A program made the translations under genes and the position numbers. The notes beneath the pieces were generated by a model. That model did not search any database. It had not been told where the DNA came from and saw nothing but the letters and a program-made list of their open reading frames with translations. A stretch of DNA of 63,245 nt, filler included, from Octopus bimaculoides (taxonomy: Eukaryota), in assembly GCF_001194135.2 (NCBI RefSeq). It is 5 parts of 5 records of this genome, joined end to end, with 100 filler letters (N's around TTAATTAATTAA, not from the genome) between each part and the next. Parts side by side here need not be neighbours in the genome. Positions count along the whole stretch, not along the records: positions 1 to 31,232 come from NC_068982.1; 4 more parts are not named here. One strand, written 5' to 3'. Shown here one piece after another: positions 1-14,329 of this stretch; the stretch's first letter is position 1, and every line of letters starts with the position of its first letter.

Positions 1-49
1 TATATACATACGCATATATATATAACGGTCTTCTTTCAGTTTCCATCAC

Positions 50-720
50 CAGGGTTTGGTTGGCCATTAAAAGAGAATTTTTCAGCAGGCCTCCAGGAAA
101 TCGAAACGACCCACATTACACGAGGAAAACAGTGAAGTTTGAGTGTAAGAGTCTGATGCTTTGTGGATTTATAAAAAGTGATGTTTCAATGAAGTTGGTG
201 AAAATTAACGGTAACTTGAATAGTGCCAAATAGATCCAGTTGCTGAAGGACAATTTAATACCAGACTTCGATGAAGCTGAGATTTTACAGCCTGACGGAG
301 CTCCATGTCACAAATTGTGTGCAAAACAACAGAGTCTGGCTGATGAAGGTGTTACCGTATTGGAAAATTGACCAGTTTAGAGCCCTGACTTAAATATCAT
401 TGAGCAAATGTGGATAGAACTAAAGAGAATTCTGCTGAAGATCCACACAATCTTTACATTGTACGAGTTGTGGGAGCTCAACCACAGAGAATGGCTTCTT
501 ATTCCTCTGAAGATGGCGAAGTATTTGTTTGCATCTCTTCTCAGGCGCATTGAAGCAATTATTCAAGCTAAGGGAAGCTACATGAAATATTAACAACGTA
601 CAGCAACTTCTTGAAATGAACATTGTGTAATAAATTTTCGTTATAGACATGTATCTTGATTGGCTTATGTGAGGTGACCGAAAAAGTTTTGGTGGCACTA
701 ACATTTTCGGTGGTCGTCTC
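50..720 (+). mobile_element. Degenerate Tc1-family transposase, DDE 3' half
   Basis: Translates ILQPDGAPCH...SPDLNIIEQMWIELK...IEAIIQAKGSYMKY* with internal stops. Typical Tc1 C-terminus. Confidence 0.8.
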
Positions 721-850
721 GCATCTTCCTATCTCAATAACTCCAACAGGGCTGTTTCATCTGCAAAAATACAATGCCAAACCTCCACTTATAAGTTAGC
801 TATTAGTAGAAATTTACAATAGCTTAAAGTGGCCGAAGACGTTTGCACGG

Positions 851-903
<53 letters not shown>

Positions 904-1681
904 CAAACACACACACAAACACACACACAGACACGCACACACACACATACATACACATGCGTCCGTGGTAAATAAGAACACGGAAGGAAAAATAAATTAG
1001 CTCTACTTTGATACTTTGATACTCGTTACAATAGTTTCTGTATCACTCCGTTTCTAACCACATTGAATGCAAATTACTCCGTGCAAAAAATTAAGCGTTG
1101 CACGTCATCCGACTAACATAAACTCGTGCCTCTTTGTATTGTGTGAGAATATATATTTTGTGAAGTTAATAGAGGAAGGAATGAGGACAATGAGTACAAA
1201 GATGATAAATTGAACATGGACAAAAATAACAACAATAATATTAATATTAAAATTTAAAATTCGTACGCAAATAAAACTAATGGTTATGATACAAGTGGCA
1301 TTGATAAGACACTAGACTGTAATAAATCAGTGATGACTGCTTGTCTAATGAAGTGCTACTTCAAAATACTCAATTGCTCGTACAGAATCATGTACATGCA
1401 ATGTGGTTTCGAAATGAAGTGATTATAGAAACAGCTGTAACGGAAATTAAAAATGTGTTAAACTAATTTTTTCTTACTTCTGCCATTTATTACTATTTGA
1501 AATAGCTCCTAACCGGTTAAAACCGGTGTGGTGCTTGGATTTTCATACATCGATGGACTTGAAATTTCTTTTAAGTTCCAGTTTGAGAACGCAGGTAGCC
1601 ATCAGTACGTGTCGAGTGCTGCAGTGGAGAATCACCGATTGTCTACCATCAACAACATCACTACGTATATATTATAAATAA

Positions 1682-1741
<60 letters not shown>

Positions 1742-2575
1742 ATGTATCTCAGAACGTACACATTTAGGATAGTCATAGTATATATATTTTATTTTCTTTA
1801 CTTTATTTTGTTGCACCATTCCTCTCCAAATAATCTTTCGAATTATATATGCTGTGTACCTATGAATTACAAATTTCCGTAATAAATATCGGCTCATTCT
1901 CCCTCACATTTTCTTTATCGATATGTATCTTTTCATACTTGTATATGTGTGGGTATGCTCCTGTGAGTGTATGAGTGTGTATGCATATATATTTATGTAG
2001 GCATACTAGTTTATTTTCCATCTCCCTCATTTTCGGTATCTCACTCTCTCTCTTTCATATCCTTTTTATATTATCTAGCCCTGCTTGTTATCTCTGCCTG
2101 TCCCCCTCCTTCCTTCTTTATGATGCACAATCCATCTCTCAGTATTTGTAACTCCCTTTACCCTTTTCGTTTCCTCTCTTTCATTCAGTTTAGTTAATAT
2201 CCCTTTCGCTTCAGCACAACTTTCCCTCTACTCTCCATCACTTTTGCTTCCCCGGGCATGTTTTAAGTCTAAGCATGCATCTAACTGACTTTCAGAACAA
2301 AGGAGTAATTCTTCTGACGCTGCTTCTGGAAAGGGATGGTGGATACAAATTATTTATTCACTTATTTATCGTTTCATTTTCTTTTGTTTTTCTTTGTTTA
2401 TCCACGAAACAATCGATATTCGACCGCCTCTTTGAACAGGGATCTAAAGATGAAAGATGCTTAAGAGACAAATCTAGCGTGGCAATATAACTTCTGAAGC
2501 GTGAATTATAATTAGAACTACAACTGCCACTATGAATAACTCGTTCTAATCCACCACTATCAACACCACCGCCAT

Positions 2576-2629
<54 letters not shown>

Positions 2630-2708
2630 AAGGATAGTTGAAATTGTAATAATTATAAAGAGGAAAACCTCTATAATATTGATAAGAGCAATAATTAAAA
2701 AAAAAAAA

Positions 2709-2740
<32 letters not shown>

Positions 2741-3246
2741 TTTTAATGGGCATCGGAGCCTAAGACGTTTGGAGACAGAATAATATAAAGATAAAATGCA
2801 TAAGAAAACGACAGACAAAAAAGATGATGGTGGAGCAGAATATCTATTAAAAAAATCGGGAATAGACAAACAAACAAAAATAACAACAAATTTCAATAAC
2901 AGCTTACAAGAATGAATTAATTGCGAAAAATGTTTGAATTGGAGAGCGAACTATATAAGGCGATTCAGGGCGTCCCACAAACTCGGATTAGCTTAACATA
3001 CTTCTTATTGCCAGTCTACAGAATCATGGTAGGAGCATAGACCTAATTTAGGCACACGAATTTCTTGAAACTCAGCGTTATTTGATAAATTTTAATGAAG
3101 GGAGATAAATGAATCTCGGCATTTATCTTCCCCTGTAAACAGTCAAAAGAAAAAGAAGCTGAAGATGCTTGGACTAAACAAAAAAGAAACCAGTACAAGG
3201 GAGGTGCGGAAGAATTAGGAAGGCAGCAGCAGCAGCAGCGACAAGT

Positions 3247-3290
<44 letters not shown>

Positions 3291-3844
3291 NNNNNNNNNN
3301 NNNNNNNNNNNNNNNNNNNNNNNNNNNNNNNNNNNNNNNNNNNNNNNNNNNNNNNNNNNNNNNNNNNNNNNNNNNNNNNNNNNNNNNNNNNNNNNNNNNN
3401 NNNNNNNNNNNNNNNNNNNNNNNNNNNNNNNNNNNNNNNNNNNNNNNNNNNNNNNNNNNNNNNNNNNNNNNNNNNNNNNNNNNNNNNNNNNNNNNNNNNN
3501 NNNNNNNNNNNNNNNNNNNNNNNNNNNNNNNNNNNNNNNNNNNNNNNGAAGAAGAAGAAGAAGAAGAAGAAGAAGAAGAAGAAGAAGAAGAAGGCAAAAA
3601 TAGACATTCTCTTAAACGGTCCTTCAGCCATGCCAGTCATATTTTTCGCCATGTCAAATGAATCCAAGATGACACAGTCCAATGTAGAAATTTTCTCTGA
3701 TCGTAGTCTGTGATTTGAGGCAGATTTGACAGCTGTTTCTAACAAGGCATACGACCGAATATACGCAACAGGATATTCTAAGTTTCATAAAGAAAATACA
3801 GTAACGATGAGCCTCTAGTGGTAATAGACTGCATAAGTGCTGGT

Positions 3845-3845
3845 A

Positions 3846-3904
<59 letters not shown>

Positions 3905-4007
3905 TGTTGTTGTTGTTGTTGTAGTTGCTGCAGCAGCAGCAGCAGCAATAGTAGTAGTAGAAGTAGTAGTAGCAGTAGTGGTTAATAATAGTAGTAGTAG
4001 TAGTGGT

Positions 4008-4068
<61 letters not shown>

Positions 4069-4176
4069 CTCTGCTGCTGCTGCTGCTGCTGTTGCTGCTG
4101 TTGCTGTTGTTGCTAATATCACTACTACAGCTGCTGCGACTACAGCCTACAGTAGCAGCTACTACTGCTACTACTG

Positions 4177-4233
<57 letters not shown>
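3845..4233. repeat. Compound trinucleotide microsatellite (TAG/TTG/CAG/CTA)n
   Basis: Read directly. Representative of dozens of (AT)n, (CA)n, (GAT)n, (TAC)n and (ATAC)n tracts in the window. Confidence 0.95.
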
Positions 4234-4554
4234 CCCAGACTCGCTTAATTATTATGCGTGGAGCGTAGTTGAGCCAGAGACCAACAAATTTTGTTGTAGC
4301 ACCAAAGTTGAGTAGAAGTCAAAGATTATGGCAGCATTCCCCAACCCTAACAAGGAGACCGTCCAGAAGAGTTGCACGAGATTCTGAAGTCGTCTGGAGG
4401 TCGTAATTGAAGCCAATGGCGATTTTATTGAATACATGTACTCTTCGGTATTTCAAGATATTTTTATGTAAATTTAGTAAATATTCTGTTAAAATCAGAT
4501 ATCAGTGTTATTTTCATTTTTGCTTAATTTAGACAATTTATCCACCGCACCCTG
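4234..4554 (+). mobile_element. Tc1/mariner-superfamily 3' fragment with right TIR
   Basis: YYAWSVVEPETNK...SRLEVVIEANGDFIE*, ending ...tccaccgcaccctg followed by TA. Confidence 0.75.
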
Positions 4555-4692
4555 TATGTATGTATGTGTGTGTGTGTGTGTATGTCTGTGTGCATATATA
4601 TATATATATGTATATATGTGTGAGCGTGTGAGTGTACGTGTGTATGTGTGAGTGTGTGTGTGCGTGTGTGCGTACACGTGTGTACACGCGTG

Positions 4693-5310
4693 TGAGCCAG
4701 AGATAATCCATGCAGTGGAAACATCCCTCAATACCAGCTCTAAACAAGGTGAAGGTCGTTTCATATGCAAGGAATGTCATGGCTTCAGTCTTGGAAGATG
4801 CAAATGCATTGTGTTTATTGCTCTCTTCAAAAAAGCCACATCGTCATCGGGGAGTACTATGATTTGCTGAGGAAGTTATGAAAGGCTATCAAGACCAGAC
4901 ACAGAATGACTGGCCACAGTGCTCTTGTTTCATCAGGACAACGTTCCAGCACATAAGCACTTGGTTTCAATGGCTGTGTTGCAGGATTGTGGCAATGAGC
5001 TGGTTAATGAGACCTCCTATCACCACCACTGCGTCATATTTTCCTCATTTGACCCCATTTAACTATCCTCTATTCCCCAACACATAACAATACTTGGTAA
5101 ACAATCAGTATCGCAGTTATGATGACATAATTTCTGCTTTTGATGCCTTTTCTATACCAACTTTACGGAAGCTTTTTCACCAATAGAATCCAAGAACAGC
5201 AACACCCATAGAAAAATTATGTGGACGGCAAGCAAGGGGAACTATGTTGAAAACAGCGTCATTTCATAAAATTTTATTGATCAGCCTTTGAACTTTTCAA
5301 CCAAACCTCG
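4693..5310 (+). mobile_element. Degenerate mariner transposase 3' half with right TIR
   Basis: Frameshifted SMQWKH...LFHQDNVPAHK...NYPLFPN...GNYVEN motifs, ending aacttttcaaccaaacctcg followed by TA. Confidence 0.8.
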
Positions 5311-6459
5311 TATACATGGTTTATGTTAATCTAAAATAATAATTGGCAAGTTTGTGTGTTTGTGAATTTGTTACTTTAACTCATCCGAGACTATCCAACA
5401 GACCTTGATGAAACTTGATACATTTGTGGGGCTTATGCTCATGAGGTCCCTTATGCACTTGGAACTTTTTAAAAATCGATTTTCAATCAGCAACGATTTT
5501 TCAAAAATCGTAAAATTTCGGCATTTTTCGCACTAGCCATCGTGAGATCAATTTGACGAAAAACGCCGATAAATAGACGAAAAATGTTTCATGGGTATAA
5601 ACAGACAGCTTATTATCGGTAATCTATTTAACATTTGCTAATTCTTCATTTCGATACGAACTGTTTTGATTTCAATTCGTTGTGTTAATTCCCCAGCGTT
5701 GGTTTTAAATAGATAAGTGCATTTTATTTCTCAAACACAATTTAGGCATTTTGCGCACTAGCCGTTGTGACATGAATTTCACGAAATCTGCACCAAGGCG
5801 TTAAATTTCGCCATTTTATGCACATGCACAAAAATAACGGCAACACGGTCCTACCCATTAATATAGATTTTAAATTTTTGAAAAATATCGAAATTTGACG
5901 AAAAATGTTTCATAGCTGTAAACAGACATCTTATTAACGGTAGTTTATTTAGCATTGGTTTGATTTGCTAAAACTTATTATTTCAATTCGTCGTTTTCAA
6001 TTAATAGCGTTTCAGATTTTAAATAGAGCAGTGTATTTTATTTCTCAAGCATTTTGTATTCAGTATTTCATGCATAACCATAGACATACTTACTGACAAT
6101 CAAACTACATTTGTACAAACTACTACTTATATACAAGATTTAACTTAGTAATTTGCGAATACTTTGGAGTTCAGATTTGTGTTTAGTTACTATATGAACC
6201 TTAACTCTTATAGACGATTCAGGATCTTTATCAGTCTTTTGAAACAAGGGATATACTCATGTTTAACTCAACTCACTTAAAGAGTCAGGACTTCTTATAA
6301 TGCAAAAGGTATTTTAGTCCTCAGATTGGATAACCCGTGTTATTTTGTCAAAAGACGAAACATATGAGATTTTAGAACTCTAACTTGTGTGGATTTCGTA
6401 CACAGAAACTGAAAGAAGACTGTCGTATATATGTGTATAGTAGTCTCTGTGTGTGTGTC

Positions 6460-6650
6460 TGTGTTTGTAACCCCACCATTGTTTGACAACCGATGTTGTT
6501 GTGTTTACGTTCCCATAGCTTAGCGGTTCCGCAAATGGCACTAAGAAAAGACATACTAGGTTTACAAAGAATAAATCCTCTGGTCGATTTGTTCGACCAA
6601 CGGCAGCGCCCCAGCATGGCCGCAGTCACATGACTGAAAGAAGTAAACAA
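6460..6650 (+). mobile_element. Interspersed repeat/SINE 3' body (family D)
   Basis: acaaccgatgttg...cttagcggttc...gtcgatttgttcgac...ccagcatggccgcagtc, with copies at ~48900-49420 and ~51840-52030. Confidence 0.75.
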
Positions 6651-6731
6651 TAAAAAAAACCTATGCTATTTTAATCCCGAGCAAGGCTGGGTGTCTCTCT
6701 GCTAGTTTAATTATATATTTACACTCGTCTG

Positions 6732-6794
<63 letters not shown>

Positions 6795-7841
6795 TACACA
6801 CTAACATATATATGTGTATGTGTGTGTGTATTTATATGTATGTATTACATTTGTATGTATGTATTCTAGAGGATCGTCTTCCATCGATTATATAGATGAA
6901 GGTGTAATTAGCAGCAGTGTCTAAATGGAGAATGTACGTTATAAAATGCAACGCTATTGCAATTCCCAGCAGTTTTATTGAACCATGGGAACGTAAACAG
7001 GAGAGAATTACTACATGAAGCACTTGGTCTTGACAGTTAAGCGTAGGCGTTCACTTTTGTAATGGTATTATGATATTACATAGATGTTATGGAATTGAAG
7101 GCCTAAGTATTTGCATGCATGTGTTCAGTTTTTTCTACATTCTAAGATGAGATTATGCTGAGGCTATATGATTCAAACTCTGAGCTGGATAAAACGAACA
7201 TCGAAAATTGTTCTGACAACGAAACTGTTAACTTCCCAAATGTGTATATGGAGCGAGAAGTAATAAAATCAATAATAATTAAAACGAGTTTGCAATTCTA
7301 CCGCAGATAACAATTTCGTTCGCCTTCCTTACATACCGTATTGACAAATATGTGTAACATAATACACTCGGCTCAATTTGCTCACAGTTCTAAGGTATGC
7401 GAGCTGAAATACATTCTATAAACTCTTCTTCACCTCAGGAAAATTTTGCATCTTTACGTGAAACATAATTATTGCGAATGTGTAATTTCAATAACATCTC
7501 ATACATTATCTTTTTCACGAAAATAAGCAAGCTGGAAATCAATCTATTGCTTTCCTTAATACCGAATGATGTCCACGAATACACTGCACATTCTGAACAT
7601 CAATAGTTTCTCGAAGAAGGGAAAACAATCAGATGGTGCAGCTAGTTGGATATGAACTGGAATTCGTAGTAACGATTGACTATTTTGTTAGTGATATAAT
7701 CTTACATCCGTTCAAAATGATTGGTTATATGACAGTCACCAACTAATCAAATTAGAGTTGAAATTGAACTGAAATAGTATAGTGATGTCTCTCTTCACCC
7801 TTCTGTTTCTCTCTCTCTTTCTCTCTGTCTGTCTGTCTGTC

Positions 7842-7886
<45 letters not shown>

Positions 7887-10219
7887 GTCTCTCTCTGTCT
7901 CTCTCTCTGTTCTGTTCTTTCTACCAAACTTTTGCTCTCTAAAATGTCAGAAAGAATGGCAAGCAAAATTAGATCCAGCTGCATGACTCTTTATATTTGA
8001 CTAGTTCTAAAAAAGTGTACAGTGCATGCGACTTTCATTCTTGATTACCAACAGTCAATGCCTGTAATTGCTTGAGTAGCACATACGAAAGGGGTTTGAA
8101 GACAACCATTTGTTATATCATCTTATTGTAAATCCCTCTGTCGCTTAAAAAGTTTGATTATATAACCTAATCTCTCTACAAGAGAAAGTATTACAGCCAA
8201 GACGAATTCTATTTTTCAATCAACGCGTGTTTATTTCATCTGTTGTAGCCATGACTGACTTCAAAGTTCGGTATATCTCAGTCCATGTATATTTACTTTT
8301 CATGTGGCCAGCGATACATAACTTTAACAAATTTGACGAAATTAGTTTTGAAACGTTTCTGCACGTAGTTTTGCATTATTTTGTTTGGTATCTTTTGTCC
8401 TACCAATTTCAGTTATACAAAGGCAAGAATATGTTAAAGAAAACCTATTGTTCATGGAAATGTGATGAATTTCTAACTGATTTAACTGCTTATCTGTGTT
8501 GTTTTACCGTCGTATGCACTGTAAATATTTAGCTAAGCTACTCTATTTCAACAACTGAGCCAGATTATGTTAACTAGGTCTCGTCTACAGAAGTTAGGTT
8601 CGCTTTTGAGTTTTCATGGATTTCTTTTGCTTTCTTTTCTCAAACATATCTCAATGGTATTGTATAACAGAAGAACAATGTGCAGAAGAACCATTGCTAA
8701 CATTTTTTTACGCTTGTAGATGATTTCTTTTTTGAATACAACAATGGTTTCTATAGCAGCATCAAAAGTGCTGTGGTTAAAAAGAACGTGAGGTCGAGAA
8801 AAGAAAGAAACAGATTGATGGATTTGAGATTGCACTGATTCATTTGGAGGTCAAGCTTTTGTTTGTGTAATGCATCAAGAAAAAGTTTGCAAGTGTATTA
8901 AAGCTCATGAGTAGCTAACAGTCAGGCGATGTTTTCATCAAATAGATGGAGATTCCCTCGAGACATTTAGCATTTCTTTATTACATAGAATATTGCAGAG
9001 CATGCGAAAACTTGTCATATTTTATTGGAAATGGACTTTGATATAAAACACAAGATTATATGATTGTTGGCACGATCACTATGGTTTTCTCAAACATATT
9101 AGCATGTAATTTTAGTAAATGCAGTAAACAATCAATTGAAGTGTCAAGTGTTCATATGTTATCCACATCAACTATATGTTTCCTGGTTTTCATTTTTCAT
9201 TCGTATAGAATAGATACTAAACGAATACCATGCATACAATGTCACATTATATAAAAAATTACGAGTAGTTTATAACACTAACAGAAGGAGACGAGAAAAT
9301 TAATATCAAGTGTAAATATGTTTATATGGATAGGTCTCACACATTCTCAACGATTAGGAAATGTTGAAATTAAGAGATATCTTTAAAAATTCACCTAAGT
9401 TATGACCGAATCATTATCGATATTTTTATAGATATAGTCTAATTAAAAATCAGAGATGCTTCTTTAATTGTCTTAATTTATATGGCCACCGTGTTGGTAC
9501 TATTATCTGTAGTAACATCCTATTAAAATATGTGCTTTAAGAATCGATTAGGACATGTGCTTAGGAATTAAAGGTTTCATAGCGAATTTATTGTTCAGTG
9601 GTTCGGAAAATGGAATGATTTCTCTGTGGCAGGAGATCACTTTTATATGTATTGTCAGATGTTTTTTCTGCATCAAAGATGTTTAACTGTTCCATATTTT
9701 CGATTAGACAGTCTGTTTTGGCTTCTACTCATACCATTATTCACGTTCTCTTCTGCGGGCACACTGTCTGTGCATATATAACTGCTTATATATTTGAAGA
9801 ATATGAGCCAAAATACAAAATACACAAAAAAGAAATAATTCGGCAATAGATATAAGTGTTTCACAATACAGATCTCAGTTAGTCGAAAGCGATATAATTC
9901 TCGTTGAGAATGTGCAACAAGTAATTCAAAATTCATAATATTAGAGCTAAGACAACGACGTATATGCAAGTAGCTTTGAAGAAGGTGGGGAAAATTCGAA
10001 TGTTTCATAAAAAAAATACTTATCTATATCTAATCTTCAATACAATGCATAGTATTGTGTCTGTTTGTAAGTAAACAAATCTCATCAATTGGGAAATGAA
10101 AGAGTGAATTTTGACGTTGCGGATACTTTTTTGTCTGCGTATATAAAACCATCATATCTCTCTAACAATCGCTCTCTACATTTAGAATATTTTTTTCTGA
10201 TTTCAGTCATTGCATGCTC

Positions 10220-10265
<46 letters not shown>

Positions 10266-10779
10266 CGCAAACGAACAGACAAGTATATCTGTATCAAGTC
10301 ATGCAACCACGTCCGTTGTGGGCTTGTGTGTGTCTGTGTTTGTCTGCAAGAACGTTTGTATTTTACCACACACCACGGGACAGTTAAAAACACACGTATG
10401 TGCGTGTCTGTGTGCACGCTCGTGTATGTGTGTATAAAACACTGTGACATCTGCAACAACGTACACACTATATTTTGACTACACTATATTTCTCATCAAC
10501 ATAAAGTAACAGGCCAAATAATAAGGAAACAATCTCAGATCTCTGGATATACATTAACATAACTACACACCACTAAATATGTAATCCAATCTGTACGAAA
10601 TTAAATTGTGTAATTCTATATAGGAATCTACGAGTAGCGAAATAATCAATGTAGTAACCTAATGTTTATTTTCCAGTGTTTCTACAGTTACTACGTATAT
10701 AAAGGAAATAGATTTTATTTACACATATATAATATTTTGTATGTTTAATTTAAGCTACATACACGCCGAAAAAGAGGCT

Positions 10780-10955
10780 TAACGGCCTTTCGTCCGTTCA
10801 ATATGTTCTGAATTCAAATTCTGCTGAGGTCGACTTTGCCTTTCATTCTTTCGTGATCGATAAAATAGATCCCAGTTGAGTACTGTGGTCGATGTAATCG
10901 ACTTACCTTCTCGTCGGAACTTGCTGACCTTGTGCCAAAATTTGAAAGCGATAAT
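10780..10955 (+). mobile_element. SINE family A (tRNA-derived head, core tgcctttcatcctttcggggtcgataaa)
   Basis: Shared core also at ~18240-18445(-), 22005-22200(+), 30700-30915(-), 44875-45220(+, two copies), 54055-54625(-), 54760-54900(+) and 61925-62510(+). Boundaries approximate. Confidence 0.8.
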
Positions 10956-10998
10956 ATTTCTCTTTGAAAATTATTAACTAGTGCTGCTGCTGCTGCTG

Positions 10999-11049
<51 letters not shown>

Positions 11050-11569
11050 TTAGCGCCACCAACTCCATCGCCATCACCACAGATCCTCTATTGCCATCAG
11101 TATGTTTCTGTAAATGAAATCGTCTTTCACTATATATTACGATTAAATCAGTGCTTAGCTTAACACGCGTTTCCAATTCGATCGTACAAAGTGGTACTGT
11201 TTGTCTGTCTCTCACTGTATAGATACACACACATACACTCACACTCACAAACAGACACACACACACACATAGACACACACATAGATGACTCCGTCAATCA
11301 CGAATGACCATGGGTGCACCTAAGAGGTTCTCCTCCGGATACAAATCTGGGCGGAAAGTCGCCTCACCGGCGAACACAAAACCTAGGGTTGTTTTTATGG
11401 ATGACCAGCAGTCGCCCATCCTTACCAGCCTCCCCTCTCCATGACAGCGATGTTATCTAAAAGAAAGGCAAAGGTCGATACAGCTTGGCACCAGTGACGT
11501 TGCAACTTATTTATACAGCTGAGTGAACTGGAGCAACGTGAAATAAAGTGTCTTGATAATTTAATCAAG

Positions 11570-12515
11570 ATTTTGTCCAACATATTCCCCTCTCAGATTC
11601 ATACACTTACTGCAGAGCCGTCCGTCAATTTTTATAAGCACTGAAAAAAAGAACTCGGAAAGTAGAGCCTCGCACTAGGCCTCTGTGTTAGTCACCGCTT
11701 CGGAATCGGGGTATAATTACGTGCCTTTGGGATATTTCTTCAGCTGTGGAAAGAGGTGATACTTGGAGGGGGCCAAGTGAAGACAATAAGGTGGGCGGTC
11801 TATCAATTAGAATCCAGATTCACGTATTTTCCGTAGAGTTTCATGTGCAGCGTGTCTTGTAAAAGCAGCTTTCCAAGGCGTTTCTTCTCCAAATCTTCAT
11901 GCATTTCATCCAACAGAGAAATGTAGTATTCTTCGTTATTGGTACGACACTTTAGCAGGTATTTTATCAGGAGTATTCTGTCTTAGTCCCAGAAGAGTGA
12001 AGCGAGAATTTTTGTAGCTGACTTCTAGATCCGAATCACTTTGGAACGCGGTCGACCGCTGGGGTGCCACTCCATTGATTGCTGCTTCTTCTGAGGATCA
12101 TAATGATGAGGACAAGTTTAATCCATGGTGATTAAACGAGCCACAAAACATGCCTTGCCCGCTGCAAACCGGTCCTAGATCACATTTTATGTCATCATCT
12201 GCGTTCAGGCATTTCAACAGTCATTTTGCGGGAAGATTTCTCAAAACAAGAATGTTGTGGATTTTGGGGCCAACTCTTTTTCAGGAAATCGCCAGAGTCT
12301 CAGCTATGACTTTAGCTGAAATCCGGCGTTCACCAAAATCATGTTGTGCACAGTGTCGGCTTTGTGCTCTGTGGTCGCGAAAGTTAAGGCCCCTGAACGG
12401 GGTTCATCTGTGACATTCAAGTGACCAGTCCTGAATCTTGATACCCAGATATTTACTGTGGAATAAGATGGACGGCCATCCTTCAATGATGTCTTCATTT
12501 TCACGTTTCTGTATG
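11570..12515 (-). mobile_element. Degenerate mariner element
   Basis: ORF 12304-12504: PSYSTVNIWVSRFRTGHLNVTDEPRSG (mariner HTH). The degenerate catalytic region continues toward ~11570. Confidence 0.8.
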
Positions 12516-14289
12516 AATTAATATCTGTATGTGTAAATATCTATATATGTATGTGTGTGTATGTGTGTGTGTGTGTGTGTGTATTCACTCGTTTGTACAT
12601 GTGCTCATTATATGTTCTATGAATGAATGAAATGAAAATATGACTCAAATCTTTTAGTTGTTCCGCCTTTAATTCTCACCTGCAAAAGATACCTACATTT
12701 CTTGAACTCCACACTTCCCTGCATAGCATTTTGCGCAATATTTGTTTGAGAATTCATTGCCTGTAGAGAAATCTGCTTATATATATTCTAAGCTCTATAT
12801 TAATCCCAACCTTGTCGGCAACCGAATTTCTTATTTAATGAATTCATGAAAAGGTGATTACGTAACTGCGCGCTAATCTTAAAATCCTGGCAACTGTAAG
12901 ATTAATGAAACTGAAAGATGGGAGAAAATATTATATTATCATAATGTAACACTTCATTAAAATACGAAACTCGTTATAGGTATTTCTGCCAAATAATTTG
13001 AGAAATTTTCTTCCAGCTTCAAACTCAAACTGGATATATGCCAGTCAGATGAGTGCAGTAAAAGTAAAGAACAATTTCTATTCTGATTATGTAGCTGTTG
13101 ATATATTTATGGGAAATATTATATAGGAAAATTGGATTCAGATTGATACGTACCTTTAGAAATACAATTTTCACTTGCCGAAAGATAGCATTAAAAATAT
13201 GATTATACGTAATTCCTGTTTACTTAACAAAGCTCTAAATCTTCAGCTATACATATAAATTATAGCGATAAAAAATAAGTGAATTTGTTTGGGAATGCTG
13301 GAGCGCCGGGGATTCATTTGTAAATGTACATAGACATGCTGAAATCTGGAAAATCTTGTCATGCTAAGATGATTGAACACATATTGGATTAAAAGATCAC
13401 TCATGGTTTTGTTAATTTACCTTATATTTTGAACACTGTCTTCTGCCAGCGGTTTCAGGTTTCAAATATTTCACACTAACTTTTTATTCTGCTTGTCATT
13501 GTACTCACAGGCCTAATATGAAATACTATGCTCATGCGTACACCCGACTAATTCGCAGCACCATGAACAACGCGATAAACTGATTTACATTTATATATGT
13601 GTGAGTATACATAACTTTAGGGAATACCTTTATATATAAGAAATACCTATATATATATATGTATATATTATTTTTTTCCTCCGTCTTCCTTTTCTCTTGG
13701 ACGTACCTCTGTCTCCTGTTTGTGAAGAAGAGCTTTGATCGAAACATNNNNNNNNNNNNNNNNNNNNNNNNNNNNNNNNNNNNNNNNNNNNNNNNNNNNN
13801 NNNNNNNNNNNNNNNNNNNNNNNNNNNNNNNNNNNNNNNNNNNNNNNNNNNNNNNNNNNNNNNNNNNNNNNNNNNNNNNNNNNNNNNNNNNNNNNNNNNN
13901 NNNNNNNNNNNNNNNNNNNNNNNNNNNNNNNNNNNNNNNNNNNNNNNNNNNNNNNNNNNNNNNNNNNNNNNNNNNNNNNNNNNNNNNNNNNNNNNNNNNN
14001 NNNNNNNNNNNNNNNNNNNNNNNNNNNNNNNNNNNNNNNNNNNNNNNNNNNNNNNNNNNNNNNNNNNNNNNNNNNNNNNNNNNNNNNNNNNNNNNNNNNN
14101 NNNNNNNNNNNNNNNNNNNNNNNNNNNNNNNNNNNNNNNNNNNNNNNNNNNNNNNNNNNNNNNNNNNNNNNNNNNNNNNNNNNNNNNNNNNNNNNNNNNN
14201 NNNNNNNNNNNNNNNNNNNNNNNNNNNNNNNNNNNNNNNNNNNNNNNNNNNNNNNNNNNNNNNNNNNNNNNNNNNNNNNNNNNNNNNNN

Positions 14290-14329
<40 letters not shown>

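Noticed and set aside
8440-8900. hAT-like words (KCDEFLTDLTAYL, CVMHQEKVCK)
   Set aside because: Too short, and in the wrong order for a single transposase on the plus strand, so not supportable.
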